Shown piece by piece: positions 1 to 9,109 of a stretch of 64,000 bases of DNA. The DNA comes from Dehalococcoidia bacterium. Its GTDB lineage: Bacteria; Chloroflexota; Dehalococcoidia; Plut-88900. How positions within the stretch are numbered: position 1 is the first letter of the stretch; each line of letters begins with the position of its first letter. The translations under genes were made by a program, and so were the position numbers. The notes under the pieces are model-generated. The model made no database searches, was not told the DNA's origin, and worked only from the letters and a program-made list of their open reading frames with translations. The DNA lies in contig OZ240215.1 of the NCBI GenBank assembly GCA_965197585.1, positions 800,001-864,000 of the forward strand. Reading direction: 5' to 3'.

Positions 1-33
1 CTGGGCAGGACCCTCGGCCGTGGTCTCAACGTT

Positions 34-324
34 TCAGTCATTCTTGTTGTCCTCCTCTCTCAGGCAGTGGGGGCACCGGACGAGCCGCAGCCCCAGCCGG
101 GCCTGTATTTCGGGGGTGTACTTGGAGTGGACCCTTCGGAAGAGGTCATGGGCCCTCTCGATGTCCTTGTCACCGATGGGCGTGTCGCCAGGGAACATGA
201 ACCGGTCGGCCACCTCCTCGATCTCCCTCCGCAGGCCGTGGTCGCCGACCCGGTCGACCTGGTACCAGAGCATGGCAAGGCGTTCGTCCACCAAGTCGAC
301 TAACGTCGCGCTTGTTTCCGTCAT
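34..324 (-). CDS. Hypothetical protein (C-terminal CPHC)
   Basis: 96-aa ORF with AAGGAG RBS; overlaps start (ATG at 41) of a further gene running off the window. Confidence 0.7.
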   Translation of the reverse strand: MTETSATLVDLVDERLAMLWYQVDRVGDHGLRREIEEVADRFMFPGDTPIGDKDIERAHDLFRRVHSKYTPEIQARLGLRLVRCPHCLREEDNKND

Positions 325-353
325 TGACAGTCTCCTTTCATCCGGTAGGGAAA

Positions 354-388
354 GAGCGGGCGCCTCCCACGAAGGGACGTGCCCGCTC
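354..388. repeat. GC-rich hairpin between Rad52 gene and downstream gene
   Basis: GAGCGGGCGC...GTGCCCGCTC inverted repeat. Confidence 0.6.
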
Positions 389-402
389 CGAGCGCCGGGC
401 CC

Positions 403-1182
403 CTAGGCCGCCTTCTGCTCCTGCTGCCTCTCCTTGAGCTTCCGGGCTGCGCTCTTCACCAGGGGCTCCAGCTCGTCCACGGTGAGCTCCTCAAGCCCCT
501 TGCCCGTCCTGCTCCTGGTGGCCTCCCTCACCTGCTCCTCGCCGAACCCCTGCTCGGCCCCCAGGTTGATGAGACCCGTCTTCAGGGCCGCCAGCTGGGG
601 CTCGCCGGAGTTGTCATCCCGGCTCTGGGGGGCTTCTCGTGAATCCCTTGCCGGAGCCCGCTTTGCCGGGTCGCCGTAGAGAGCGTTCCCAAACTGGTCG
701 CCGAAGCTCCTGAGCGCCCTCTTGAGAGCGTCAGTGACTGCCCCCTTGTATGCGGTCTCGTGGTCATCGATGGTCTCCCCGTTCACGGCGTGGAACCCCA
801 CGTCGGTGCGGGAGGGGGCGCCGGGGACGTCAACCCTGACCGTGGCGGCGTAGGCGTGGGAGGTCCTCAGGTCTCCGGTCTCGGCGTTTATCATCTGGAC
901 GTCCCGGAGGTTCACGCCACCCACCACCTCGTAGCCCCAACCCCCGTGTCCGAATATCCGGTTGGCCTGGGCGATGGCGGTGTGGCCTTCCAGGTAGGAG
1001 TAGGTGCGGTTCTTCCGGCCTGTGCGGCGTGACACAAGGGAGGGGTCGAGGGGGTGGGACAGCTCTTTGGTCACCCGGGGTGGGAGGCTGTCCCAGAGAA
1101 GGTCCAGTTCCCTGTCGCCCAGTGGGGCGGCGTCGGGCTGGACGCCGCCTGAGCTTCCATTTCTTTGGGTTCCGTTGGTCAT
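403..1182 (-). CDS. Rad52/Rad22-family single-strand annealing protein
   Basis: YLEGHTAIAQANRIFGHGGW and KGAVTDALKRALRSFG..GNALY signature motifs. Confidence 0.9.
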   Translation of the reverse strand: MTNGTQRNGSSGGVQPDAAPLGDRELDLLWDSLPPRVTKELSHPLDPSLVSRRTGRKNRTYSYLEGHTAIAQANRIFGHGGWGYEVVGGVNLRDVQMINAETGDLRTSHAYAATVRVDVPGAPSRTDVGFHAVNGETIDDHETAYKGAVTDALKRALRSFGDQFGNALYGDPAKRAPARDSREAPQSRDDNSGEPQLAALKTGLINLGAEQGFGEEQVREATRSRTGKGLEELTVDELEPLVKSAARKLKERQQEQKAA

Positions 1183-1255
1183 GTCGAATCTCCTTTGCAG
1201 TGCTCATCTGGGTTGTTCCAATGGACCGAGGCGGGCCCACGATGGGTCCGTAAGC

Positions 1256-1288
1256 GGCGCCTGTACCGGTGTAATCGGTACAGGCGCC
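1256..1288. repeat. 13-bp perfect inverted repeat (candidate oriT/sso element)
   Basis: GGCGCCTGTACCG-gtgtaat-CGGTACAGGCGCC in the primase-Rad52 intergenic region. Confidence 0.6.
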
Positions 1289-1463
1289 GGCGTGGAGCGG
1301 GCATAGGTCTTCCCGTGCAGGGCGCGCATGGGCGCGGACCGACAGGGAGGAGAGGGGGAAGAGCTATGCAAAGGGGCGGGTGGGGATTGGAAAAGGGGGA
1401 TTTGAGAAAGGGGTAGTGGGAGAGGGCCGGGGCTTTAGCGCAGTGCGGGGCAGGGGTGGCCCC

Positions 1464-2528
1464 CTACCGGGCGGCTTGTGCCGCCCTTTCCAGCAGGCGC
1501 AGGAACAGGTCCCTTCCGGTGGCAAGGGACGCGAGCTCGGCCATGTCGTCCATGCCCCTGGGCAAGACTACGGCGGCGGCCCTGGGGCCCAGCAAGTACG
1601 CAAGGCGGGCCGTTGCCTCCCTGCCCGCATCGTCGGCGTCGAAGGCGAGGAAGACCTGGGGGCAGCCCATGAGGGCTCCGGCCACCCGTTCCAGGCCCCG
1701 TGTGCCCAGGGCGGCACAGGCGGGGATGCCCCAGTGGGCAAGGACAAGCCAGTCGACAAGGCCCTCGGTGAGGACGACCCACCGGGGTGCGCGTCCCAGC
1801 CTTCCCAGTCCAAGCACCGGCTTGGGGCCGGGAGGGGCCTGGAACCGGGGCACGGCGCCGGGGTCAAGGGCCCGGCCCCCAAGCCAGCGGACAAGCCCGT
1901 CGGAAAAGTCAGGCACGACGATCATGCCGGCGAACCGCTCGGTGTCCCGGCCCAGGAACAGGCCCGAGTCCCGCAAGCCGGCCTCTCCGAAACCCGCAAG
2001 CTCAAGGTGGCGGCGAAGCCCGCGGCCCGGAACGTAGCCGACGCCAAGCCGCAAGGCACCGTCCAGGCCGATGCCCCGGGACGCAAGGCATCCCCGGCCC
2101 TCGGGGCGGCGCCTGAGCTCCCGGGCGTAGAACCGGGCTGCCGCCGTAAGCAGGCCCGGGTCCCGGTGTGGGAGTGGGAGTTGCCGAGCACTCCCTGAAC
2201 CGGGGCCCCGCCTAGGCCGCCTGGGGGCGGAAGGGTTGGCGGGTTGAGGGGCTCCGCCCAGCCTTCGTATCGCCTCGGGCAGGCTCAGGCCCTCGACCCT
2301 CTGCACGAAGTCCAGGACGTCTCCCCCGGCGCCGCAGCCGAAGCAGTAGTATCGCTCCGTGTCGCCGTACACCGTGAAGCTGCCCTCGACCTCTTCGTGG
2401 AAGGGGCAGACGCCCTGTCGAACCCGGCCCCTGCCCCGGAGCCTCACACCCGACTCCTCCACGACGGCGCCCAGCGAGTGCCGGGCCTTGAGAGCCGGGA
2501 TGTCCACGGGAGCAGTGGCTAGGACCAT
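1464..2528 (-). CDS. DNA primase-like protein (CHC2 zinc finger + Toprim)
   Basis: CPFHEE..GSF.V....YYCFGCGAGGDV zinc-binding domain; LTEGLVD and FDADDAG Toprim motifs; GGAGG RBS before ATG 2528. Confidence 0.9.
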   Translation of the reverse strand: MVLATAPVDIPALKARHSLGAVVEESGVRLRGRGRVRQGVCPFHEEVEGSFTVYGDTERYYCFGCGAGGDVLDFVQRVEGLSLPEAIRRLGGAPQPANPSAPRRPRRGPGSGSARQLPLPHRDPGLLTAAARFYARELRRRPEGRGCLASRGIGLDGALRLGVGYVPGRGLRRHLELAGFGEAGLRDSGLFLGRDTERFAGMIVVPDFSDGLVRWLGGRALDPGAVPRFQAPPGPKPVLGLGRLGRAPRWVVLTEGLVDWLVLAHWGIPACAALGTRGLERVAGALMGCPQVFLAFDADDAGREATARLAYLLGPRAAAVVLPRGMDDMAELASLATGRDLFLRLLERAAQAAR

Positions 2529-2992
2529 GACCCACCTCCCTTCTCCAGGGTCTTCAACCCCCGGAGGCTGCCGCGGGAGACCACCTTGCCGGGCAGCCAG
2601 CGCATCCCCAGCACGGCGACAACTTCCAGAGCGGAACCATTCCGGGAGACCAGGGCCGCTGCCCGGCCGGTGCCGGGGCTGTAGACCAGGACCCCCTTCT
2701 TTCCAAACCGCCGCCGGACCAGGTCCAGCCACTCGGAGTACGCCCAACAGGCGTCCCTCACCGGGGCATTGGGGGTATCCACCTCGGACAGGACCGCCAG
2801 GGCCCCGTCCAGGTCCGCGGCCTTCCTCAACCTCCGGGCATCGTGGATGATCTTCGCCACCGTCGGCGCCGGCACAGCGCTCTCTTCTTCCCGCACTCCG
2901 AACAGAGCCTCGATCACCCTGTCCACCAGCTCTTCCAGGCTGTGCCGTGTCCTCACCGCCCCACCGTTCATCGTTATCGCTTGCGTTGTCAT
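2519..2992 (-). CDS. Hypothetical protein
   Basis: AAGGAG RBS before ATG 2992; overlaps primase start. Confidence 0.7.
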   Translation of the reverse strand: MTTQAITMNGGAVRTRHSLEELVDRVIEALFGVREEESAVPAPTVAKIIHDARRLRKAADLDGALAVLSEVDTPNAPVRDACWAYSEWLDLVRRRFGKKGVLVYSPGTGRAAALVSRNGSALEVVAVLGMRWLPGKVVSRGSLRGLKTLEKGGGSWS

Positions 2993-3027
2993 ATCGAACT
3001 CCTTTCCTTCCTGCTTTTGCTTACTTA

Positions 3028-3240
3028 CTACTTCCTGCCTGCGAGCCTCAGCACCTGCCGCACCACCACGAAACCCGAGAAGATGCCCAGCCCATTGAGG
3101 GCGAAGACCTCCAGGCTCCAGGTGATGGCCAGCGGCGCTAGCAAAAGGACTCCCAGGACCGGCCACTTGAACCTCACCAGGCACCGGGCAACCCTGAGGG
3201 CGGCGCTCATGACCATGGAGAGCACTACGAGAACTTGCAT
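3028..3240 (-). CDS. Small membrane protein
   Basis: Hydrophobic 70-aa ORF, AAGGAGG RBS. Confidence 0.65.
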   Translation of the reverse strand: MQVLVVLSMVMSAALRVARCLVRFKWPVLGVLLLAPLAITWSLEVFALNGLGIFSGFVVVRQVLRLAGRK

Positions 3241-3499
3241 GTGAACCTCCTTTGCTTTTGTTCACACCGGCATCCACGGTGCGAGACTCGACCTGACTAA
3301 CGAACGGAAATTGACGCGGCTTCCCCCCGGACCGGATGCAGGCATGGAGGAGAGATGAGGGGGACTATGTGTGTTCCTGCGAAGACAACGGCGGTCGGGA
3401 AGTGGGTAAACTACCGCTGTTTCTGAGACCGGGGCCTTGGTTGCTCCTGGCGGAACAGTGCGTGACGAACCGGCCGGGGCACGGGGCTTACCTCGACGT

Positions 3500-3766
3500 T
3501 TACTGATGTGTCCCTGCGGGGAGACCTTCGGGAGAGCAAGGCTCGATCCTTCCGGTCATGACCCCTGGGCGGCTGTTCGGAGAGCGAGGCTCGATCCTAT
3601 GCAGCCTGTCCCGGATTCGGGGGACGGTAATCCTCCAAGTTTCTAAGGCGTGAAACGCTGGAAAAAGCCAGACAACAATTTCAGTATTGCCGAACAGAGA
3701 GGCTTTGGAAAGGGATTCGGGGAGCATTTTGCGGGCGCTGGCACCGATCACTTGCTCCGTGGCCAT
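3500..3766 (-). CDS. Hypothetical protein
   Basis: 88-aa ORF co-oriented with neighbours, weak RBS; contains internal direct repeat. Confidence 0.35.
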   Translation of the reverse strand: MATEQVIGASARKMLPESLSKASLFGNTEIVVWLFPAFHALETWRITVPRIRDRLHRIEPRSPNSRPGVMTGRIEPCSPEGLPAGTHQ

Positions 3767-3795
3767 ACCCCACCTTCATCCCGCCGCCGGGCTCT

Positions 3796-4593
3796 CTATC
3801 TCCACCAGAGGCCCAGGGTGAGGGATCGGCGGATCCAGCGCAGCAGTCTCCGCCTGTGCAACGCCCTCCGGGTGTCGTGGAGGGCCGTGTGACGCCAGCC
3901 GGTCTGGCCCCGGCGCCCGAACCCCCGCAACGGCTGGGTCTCGGGAGGGAGGGTCAACCCGTGCTCCTCCAGCATTGCCAGCTCCAGGACCAGCAGCCTC
4001 TCCGCCGTCACCAACCACGACAGGCTCCGTCCTCGGTGGGGATGCCCTGCCCGCAGCCGGCGCCACTCCTCCACCAGGGGCCACGCAGGGCCGTAGACCT
4101 CGGGATCGTCCTCGGTGGGACCCTCGGTGACAACCTCGGGGTCCGTACGCCGCATGGCACCCTGGCTTTGGGGACGCAACCCCTCCACTGAGGGGGCCCC
4201 GTCTTCTTCCTCGTTCCCTGCACCCCACCCCTCCTCGGCCCCCGGGTGGTCGGCGTCCCCGCCTTCGGCAACCGGTTCTAGTGCCTCCACCCTGTCCCGC
4301 AACTCCCCCACCTCCCCCTCCAGCCGCTCGATGCGGTCCTCCAACGTCCCACCCCCTGGGGCCTCGGCGCCTTCATCGTCCCCCAGCAGCTTATCCAGGG
4401 CCTGGCCCACGTGGTCCGTGATACGGCCCGTCTCCTCGGCCCTCACCACAGTCTTGTAGTTGACGCCCAGCAGCCTGGCCGCCCCCGTGCGGCCCTTCCG
4501 TTTCACCAGGTCCCCCAGCAGGGCGCTCAATCGGCTGCGCCTCTCGCCATCTTCCAGGGCCTCTTCATTCTCATTCACCGGCATATCCGTCAT
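3796..4593 (-). CDS. Hypothetical protein with N-terminal HTH-like segment and coiled coil
   Basis: GRTGAARLLGVNYKTV HTH-like motif; LEDRIERLEGEVGELRDRVEALE coiled coil; AAGGAGG RBS. Confidence 0.75.
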   Translation of the reverse strand: MTDMPVNENEEALEDGERRSRLSALLGDLVKRKGRTGAARLLGVNYKTVVRAEETGRITDHVGQALDKLLGDDEGAEAPGGGTLEDRIERLEGEVGELRDRVEALEPVAEGGDADHPGAEEGWGAGNEEEDGAPSVEGLRPQSQGAMRRTDPEVVTEGPTEDDPEVYGPAWPLVEEWRRLRAGHPHRGRSLSWLVTAERLLVLELAMLEEHGLTLPPETQPLRGFGRRGQTGWRHTALHDTRRALHRRRLLRWIRRSLTLGLWWR

Positions 4594-4715
4594 AACCCGA
4601 TCCTCCTTCATTGACTTCCTGTAGGGGGCCTTCCGGGAGGGTTCTTGGCTCCCCTGTCACCGCTTCGCTTGCTCGCCTGCAAACACCCAACCCCGCTTCG
4701 CATCACAAAACCGGG

Positions 4716-4850
4716 TTCCCGCACGGGAACTTTTGGCCCAAATCCGTGGAACAGACCCGCACCAAAAACCGCTTGCTGCGTTGTCCCGGAGCTCCCTCTT
4801 TTTCACCGTTTTCAGCCACGGAAAGACTCTTTACTTCCCATGCGGGAACT
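4716..4850. promoter_or_regulatory. Two palindromic TTCCC-N4-GGGAACT boxes in the divergent replication/conjugation promoter region
   Basis: TTCCCgcacGGGAACT at 4716 and TTCCCatgcGGGAACT at 4835, each followed shortly by CCAAATCC. Confidence 0.55.
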
Positions 4851-4873
4851 CAACCAAATCCCTGTACACCCCA

Positions 4874-5614
4874 ATGACATCACAAAACGCCCTTTTGAGG
4901 TCAGGGCCCGTGGGGCGGGCTCGTCCGCAGGCCCCCCTCACAGACCATTCCTGGACCGGCCCGGAGCTCCCAGACTCGACGGAGAACTTTCGACCCGTTT
5001 ACGGACAAGGAGACGACGGTTTGTCACCCCGGTCAAAACTGAAGTGCATTGGACGGCTGGTACTCCCGGCCATCACCGTGTTTATGGCAACACTCCTTGT
5101 GTTGACCGCCATTGCTCCGGTCCTGTCGCAGGACACGGGCCTCACCCTGGTCAACAAAGACCGGGACCTGGTGGAGCGGAAGAAGGATGGGCGGTTCATA
5201 GCCCGTCCCGTCTTCAGCCGGGAGCTGGACGCCCTCTACTACGCCATCCGTGACGCCGACAACGGCGACTGGGTGACCCTCATGTACAGGGTGCAGGGCG
5301 GCGAGAAAAAGCTGAAGGACGGCTGGGAGTATTCCTGGGAGTACCCGGCCCTGTCCGAGCAGCCCGACCTGGACCCCGGGAAGGCCTACCTGCTGGTCAT
5401 CGGCGTCCCCGCCGACGCCCAGGGCGGCCCCTACGTCTTCCACACCCTTGTACCCGTGTACCAGCCCAGCGGGATTTTCGACCGGATCCTGGCGGCCCTG
5501 AACCCGGCCAGGTGGGCAAAGGCCTTCGCCCGCTGGGTGATAGAGGGAGTGCACGGAGGCCTGTGCGGGGTGGTGGAGCGGGCCACGAGGACCGAGATCG
5601 ACAACTGCGACTAA
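4874..5614 (+). CDS. Secreted/membrane-anchored protein of conjugation operon (start uncertain)
   Basis: Hydrophobic signal-like segment LVLPAITVFMATLLVLTAIAPVLS followed by high-GC3 coding region. Confidence 0.65.
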   Translation: MTSQNALLRSGPVGRARPQAPLTDHSWTGPELPDSTENFRPVYGQGDDGLSPRSKLKCIGRLVLPAITVFMATLLVLTAIAPVLSQDTGLTLVNKDRDLVERKKDGRFIARPVFSRELDALYYAIRDADNGDWVTLMYRVQGGEKKLKDGWEYSWEYPALSEQPDLDPGKAYLLVIGVPADAQGGPYVFHTLVPVYQPSGIFDRILAALNPARWAKAFARWVIEGVHGGLCGVVERATRTEIDNCD

Positions 5615-5626
5615 GGACTCTATGCC

Positions 5627-6616
5627 ATGAACGACATCCTCACCGGAACTCCCCCCGAGCTGACCTATCTGCACCCCATGGTGCGGGAGGCCTGGACCGT
5701 GGTCTGGGGCATCACCTCCGGGGCCCTCATCGTAATCCTGGGCTGGATGGGTCTGAGTCTCATCATGCAGAACCTCCTGGGCCATACCAGCACCGGATGG
5801 CGGGAGACGGTCCCCCGGCTGGTGCTGGGCCTGGTCGCCGCCGCCACCTCCTACTGGTGGTGCGCCCTGGTCATCGACGTGGCGCACGTCGTCTCCAAGT
5901 ACATCGCCGCGGAACTGGACGTCACCCCGGGCGACCTGCTGAGAGCGCCCCTGGAGACGTTCCTCAGGACGGTGGAGGCGGGGAGCGTGGGCATGGCCCA
6001 GCTCGTAGCCCTCCTCTACGTGGTCTACGGGTTCTTCGTCCTCTACGTCCTGGTGCAGCTGGTATTGAGGCTGGCCCTCATAGACATCCTGCTGGCCCTG
6101 GCCCCCATAGCGTTGGGCCTCTGGATACTGCCCCATACGGCGGGCTGGGGACGTCATTGGCTGAGGCTCTTCCTGACCACGGTGTTCCAGCAGTCGATCC
6201 AGCTGATAGCCCTGGCATTGGGGTTCGGGTTCCTGAGGCAGTACGCCGCCATAGAGGCCTTCGAGCCTGCCCAGGACCTGGTGTGGAAGCTGCTGATGTC
6301 GGTGGCCTTCGTCTACATGGCGACGAGAGTGCCCTCAATGCTGGGCAACGCCGGCACGTTCGACTCGTGGGTGAGCACCCTCTACTTCGGCCTCAACCTT
6401 CCGGGGACCCTGATGCGCTCCGCCAAGACGATTGGGCTGCTCTCCGGGGGAGTGGGAGGAGGGCCTGCGGCTGCTGCGGTGGGAGCGGTGGCTGCCACGG
6501 CGGCGGGTACCGGTGCGGGTGCGGCGGCCTCGGGCCTGAGATCGGCGGCGGAAGCGGCAACCTCTGGCGCAGATGCGACCGGGGCCGGGACTGCCCCGAG
6601 GAGCAGCGGCGAGTGA
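5627..6616 (+). CDS. VirB6/TrbL-like conjugation membrane channel protein
   Basis: Multiple TM helices, RLALIDILLALAPIALGLWILPHTAGWGRHW motif, Ala/Gly-rich C-tail, operon context. Confidence 0.8.
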   Translation: MNDILTGTPPELTYLHPMVREAWTVVWGITSGALIVILGWMGLSLIMQNLLGHTSTGWRETVPRLVLGLVAAATSYWWCALVIDVAHVVSKYIAAELDVTPGDLLRAPLETFLRTVEAGSVGMAQLVALLYVVYGFFVLYVLVQLVLRLALIDILLALAPIALGLWILPHTAGWGRHWLRLFLTTVFQQSIQLIALALGFGFLRQYAAIEAFEPAQDLVWKLLMSVAFVYMATRVPSMLGNAGTFDSWVSTLYFGLNLPGTLMRSAKTIGLLSGGVGGGPAAAAVGAVAATAAGTGAGAAASGLRSAAEAATSGADATGAGTAPRSSGE

Positions 6617-6781
6617 GCCCACTTGTTTCGATAGACGGGACTTCGACAGATACACGAGACGAACAGATAGACGAGAAGGCACGAGGAGGTCAAGAGATGT
6701 GCAGCTAGGCAAGCTAAGGCGACGTGACCCCTGGACCAGGGAGAAAGACTCCCAAACAGCAACGGAAACAGGAGAAAGCGA

Positions 6782-7075
6782 ATGGAACAGCTGACCCAGA
6801 CCATATCGAACATAGTGGGGATCATGATGGGGGTCGTGGGCGCCGTGGGCGTAGCCTACTTCGTCTACGGGGCCTTCCTGTACATGACGGCAGGCGGCGG
6901 GCCCCAGCAGATGGACCGGGGGAAGAGCGCCATGCTCACCGCCCTGGCGGGTGTCGTGCTGGCCCTGCTGGCCTACGTGGTCGTTGAGGTGGTGACCGGT
7001 GCAATTGTAGACCCGGGCGTCGAGGTGGATATCCCAGAGCCCGGCACCCCCACGCCAACACCAGACGGGGGATAG
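6782..7075 (+). CDS. VirB2/TrbC-like pilin
   Basis: Two TM helices linked by YMTAGGGPQQMDRGKSAM loop typical of TrbC/VirB2-type pilins. Confidence 0.8.
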   Translation: MEQLTQTISNIVGIMMGVVGAVGVAYFVYGAFLYMTAGGGPQQMDRGKSAMLTALAGVVLALLAYVVVEVVTGAIVDPGVEVDIPEPGTPTPTPDGG

Positions 7076-7100
7076 GCAAAGCAGAAGTGGAGGAAGAGTC

Positions 7101-8777
7101 ATGAGAGAACACGAGGTGCCAACCCACCTGCAGGCCGAGGACCGGGTGCTGCTGTGGTTCACCTTCCAACAGCTGGTGGCCATCACCGCCGTGGCCGCGC
7201 TGTCCTACGGAGCGTACCGCTACGCTCCCGTGGGCCCCTCCGAGGTGAGGATAGTGCTGGCCGTCCTAATGGGGCTGGCGGGAATGGCCATGATCGTGGG
7301 TAAGGTGGGAGGCCGTCGGCTGCCCCTGGTGGCCGCCGACCTCCTGCGGTTCCGGCTGGGTCCCCGGCGCTACGCCGGCCCCCCTGCCCAGCTGGTGCGC
7401 CCCGAAGCGCCGACGCCGGTCAGGACTGCGCCGAGCCCTCTAACCCTATTGGTCAGGAAGGCCAGACGGATCATCATGCGCCGCCGCAACGGCAGGATGC
7501 CGCTCCGTCCCCGCGGCCGCTCCGGCAAGGGCCGCCGCCGGCGCCGGGGGAAGCGCAAGTACCCAAAGCAGGACAGGAAGAAGACTGGGAGGAGCAGGGG
7601 CCGGAGGAACCTGCTGGCCGTCCTGGCCGTCACCCTTACGGCGGCGGCCGGGGCGGTGTCCCCCGTTGCCCTGGCTGACGACCATCATCCCGAGGAGATC
7701 GGCTTCGAACTGAGGGAGCCCGTCCCCGGAAGAAGGATATACGTCGAGAGATTGCATGTGTCGGGCGACTCCGCCGGGGTAACCGTCAGGGCCGCCGCTG
7801 ACATCGACCTGCAGGTGAGAGGCTACGGCGGACCCGGGGGCCGGATATCCGTGTTCCGGGCGGCGGCCAGGCTGCAGAGGGGAGAGACCAGGAGCTACAC
7901 ATTCCCACTCTCCGGTGACTCGCCCTCCCTCACCCTCTCCTGGCGGGACGGGCTGGGGCAGGCGGGCGCTCTCAGCCTGAAGGGAGACCAGATCCCCTAC
8001 CCTCTGCCATCCGTCGAGGGAGAGCTGTGCGACCTGGAACTCGATTACCTGCTTTGGACGCCTGGGCGGGTGGATGGAGCCATAGACTCCATCTGCGAGG
8101 ACTCCGTCGAAGAACCGGTGTCCCTTACGACGGTGTCCGGGCACGAGAGCGTGACGGTGACGGCGCTGATGGATGCGGATGTCACCGCAGTTGCCGGGAC
8201 TGTAATAGTCACCGTCGGCGGGGCCCAGGGACCGGTCCCCTTCGTTCCGAACGGGTTCACGGCCTTCCGGGTCAATGTGCCCGCTGGCGAGGCGGTCCAC
8301 AAGGTCACCTTGCAAGCCGCCCTGGAAGGGGCCCTGCGGATCGACCTTCCTCCCCTGGTTGCCCTGACCCACCACCCCAAGAGGGACGAGGAGATAACCA
8401 CGAGAGTCAAGCTGTACCGTCCCGGAACCAGCAGGACGGTCTCCGAGACGGTGACTCTCTCCCACCCCGACGGGACAACCACCCAGCACGTCATCTCGGC
8501 CACCCTGTCCGTACCCGGCACAACGGTGGCAAAGGACGTGACCGTCACCGTGGAACATGAGGAGCACGTGAGGGCTGAGGTCATGGAACGGGGGCCCCTG
8601 GCCCGAACGAGGATAGAGGCTCTGGACATGGCGTTGACCATCGGCGCCGACGACAACTTCGAGCTCCTCACCCTGCCCGAGCCGGAGCCCACCCCCGAGC
8701 CCGCCGAGCAGACCCCGGCGGATACCGATGAGCTGAGGCGGCTGTTCGAGTTGCTGGGCTGGAGTTGGCCGTGGTGA
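7101..8777 (+). CDS. PrgI/VirB3-like protein fused to basic linker and large beta-rich extracellular domain
   Basis: N-terminal HEVPTHLQAEDRVLLWFTFQQL plus two TMs; Arg/Lys tract; third hydrophobic segment; Thr/Val-rich remainder. Confidence 0.75.
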   Translation: MREHEVPTHLQAEDRVLLWFTFQQLVAITAVAALSYGAYRYAPVGPSEVRIVLAVLMGLAGMAMIVGKVGGRRLPLVAADLLRFRLGPRRYAGPPAQLVRPEAPTPVRTAPSPLTLLVRKARRIIMRRRNGRMPLRPRGRSGKGRRRRRGKRKYPKQDRKKTGRSRGRRNLLAVLAVTLTAAAGAVSPVALADDHHPEEIGFELREPVPGRRIYVERLHVSGDSAGVTVRAAADIDLQVRGYGGPGGRISVFRAAARLQRGETRSYTFPLSGDSPSLTLSWRDGLGQAGALSLKGDQIPYPLPSVEGELCDLELDYLLWTPGRVDGAIDSICEDSVEEPVSLTTVSGHESVTVTALMDADVTAVAGTVIVTVGGAQGPVPFVPNGFTAFRVNVPAGEAVHKVTLQAALEGALRIDLPPLVALTHHPKRDEEITTRVKLYRPGTSRTVSETVTLSHPDGTTTQHVISATLSVPGTTVAKDVTVTVEHEEHVRAEVMERGPLARTRIEALDMALTIGADDNFELLTLPEPEPTPEPAEQTPADTDELRRLFELLGWSWPW

Positions 8778-9088
8778 TACCCGTTCTGTGGGCAGTCTTA
8801 ATGGCAGGTGCGGGGTTTGCCTCCTTGGGTGCGGGGACAGACATCGAGAAGGGGAACATGCTTCTCAAGTTCGTCGAGGTGGTGGACGCCATGGCCTATG
8901 CCGCTGCAGGACTCTGCCTATTTGCCGTCGTTTGGGCCGGGTTCCTGCTCATGGCCGAGGGGGCTGAGGAGCGAAGCTCGGGCAGGGCCAGGAGCGCGGT
9001 GGTCCTGGCGATTACGGGCCTGGTCCTCACGCTCTCGGCCAAAGGGATAGCCCTGGCCTTGTTGAAAGTTACGCCAGCAGCCCCGTAG
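8774..9088 (+). CDS. Second pilin-like membrane protein
   Basis: TM-EGAEERSSGRARSAV-TM pattern resembling VirB2; GTGA overlap with upstream stop. Confidence 0.65.
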   Translation: MIPVLWAVLMAGAGFASLGAGTDIEKGNMLLKFVEVVDAMAYAAAGLCLFAVVWAGFLLMAEGAEERSSGRARSAVVLAITGLVLTLSAKGIALALLKVTPAAP

Positions 9089-9109
9089 TCGCGGGAAAAG
9101 GATACCGAT

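Noticed and set aside
403-4593. Prophage interpretation of the Rad52/primase/P4-integrase genes
   Set aside because: No capsid, terminase, portal or tail genes; a conjugation module is present instead
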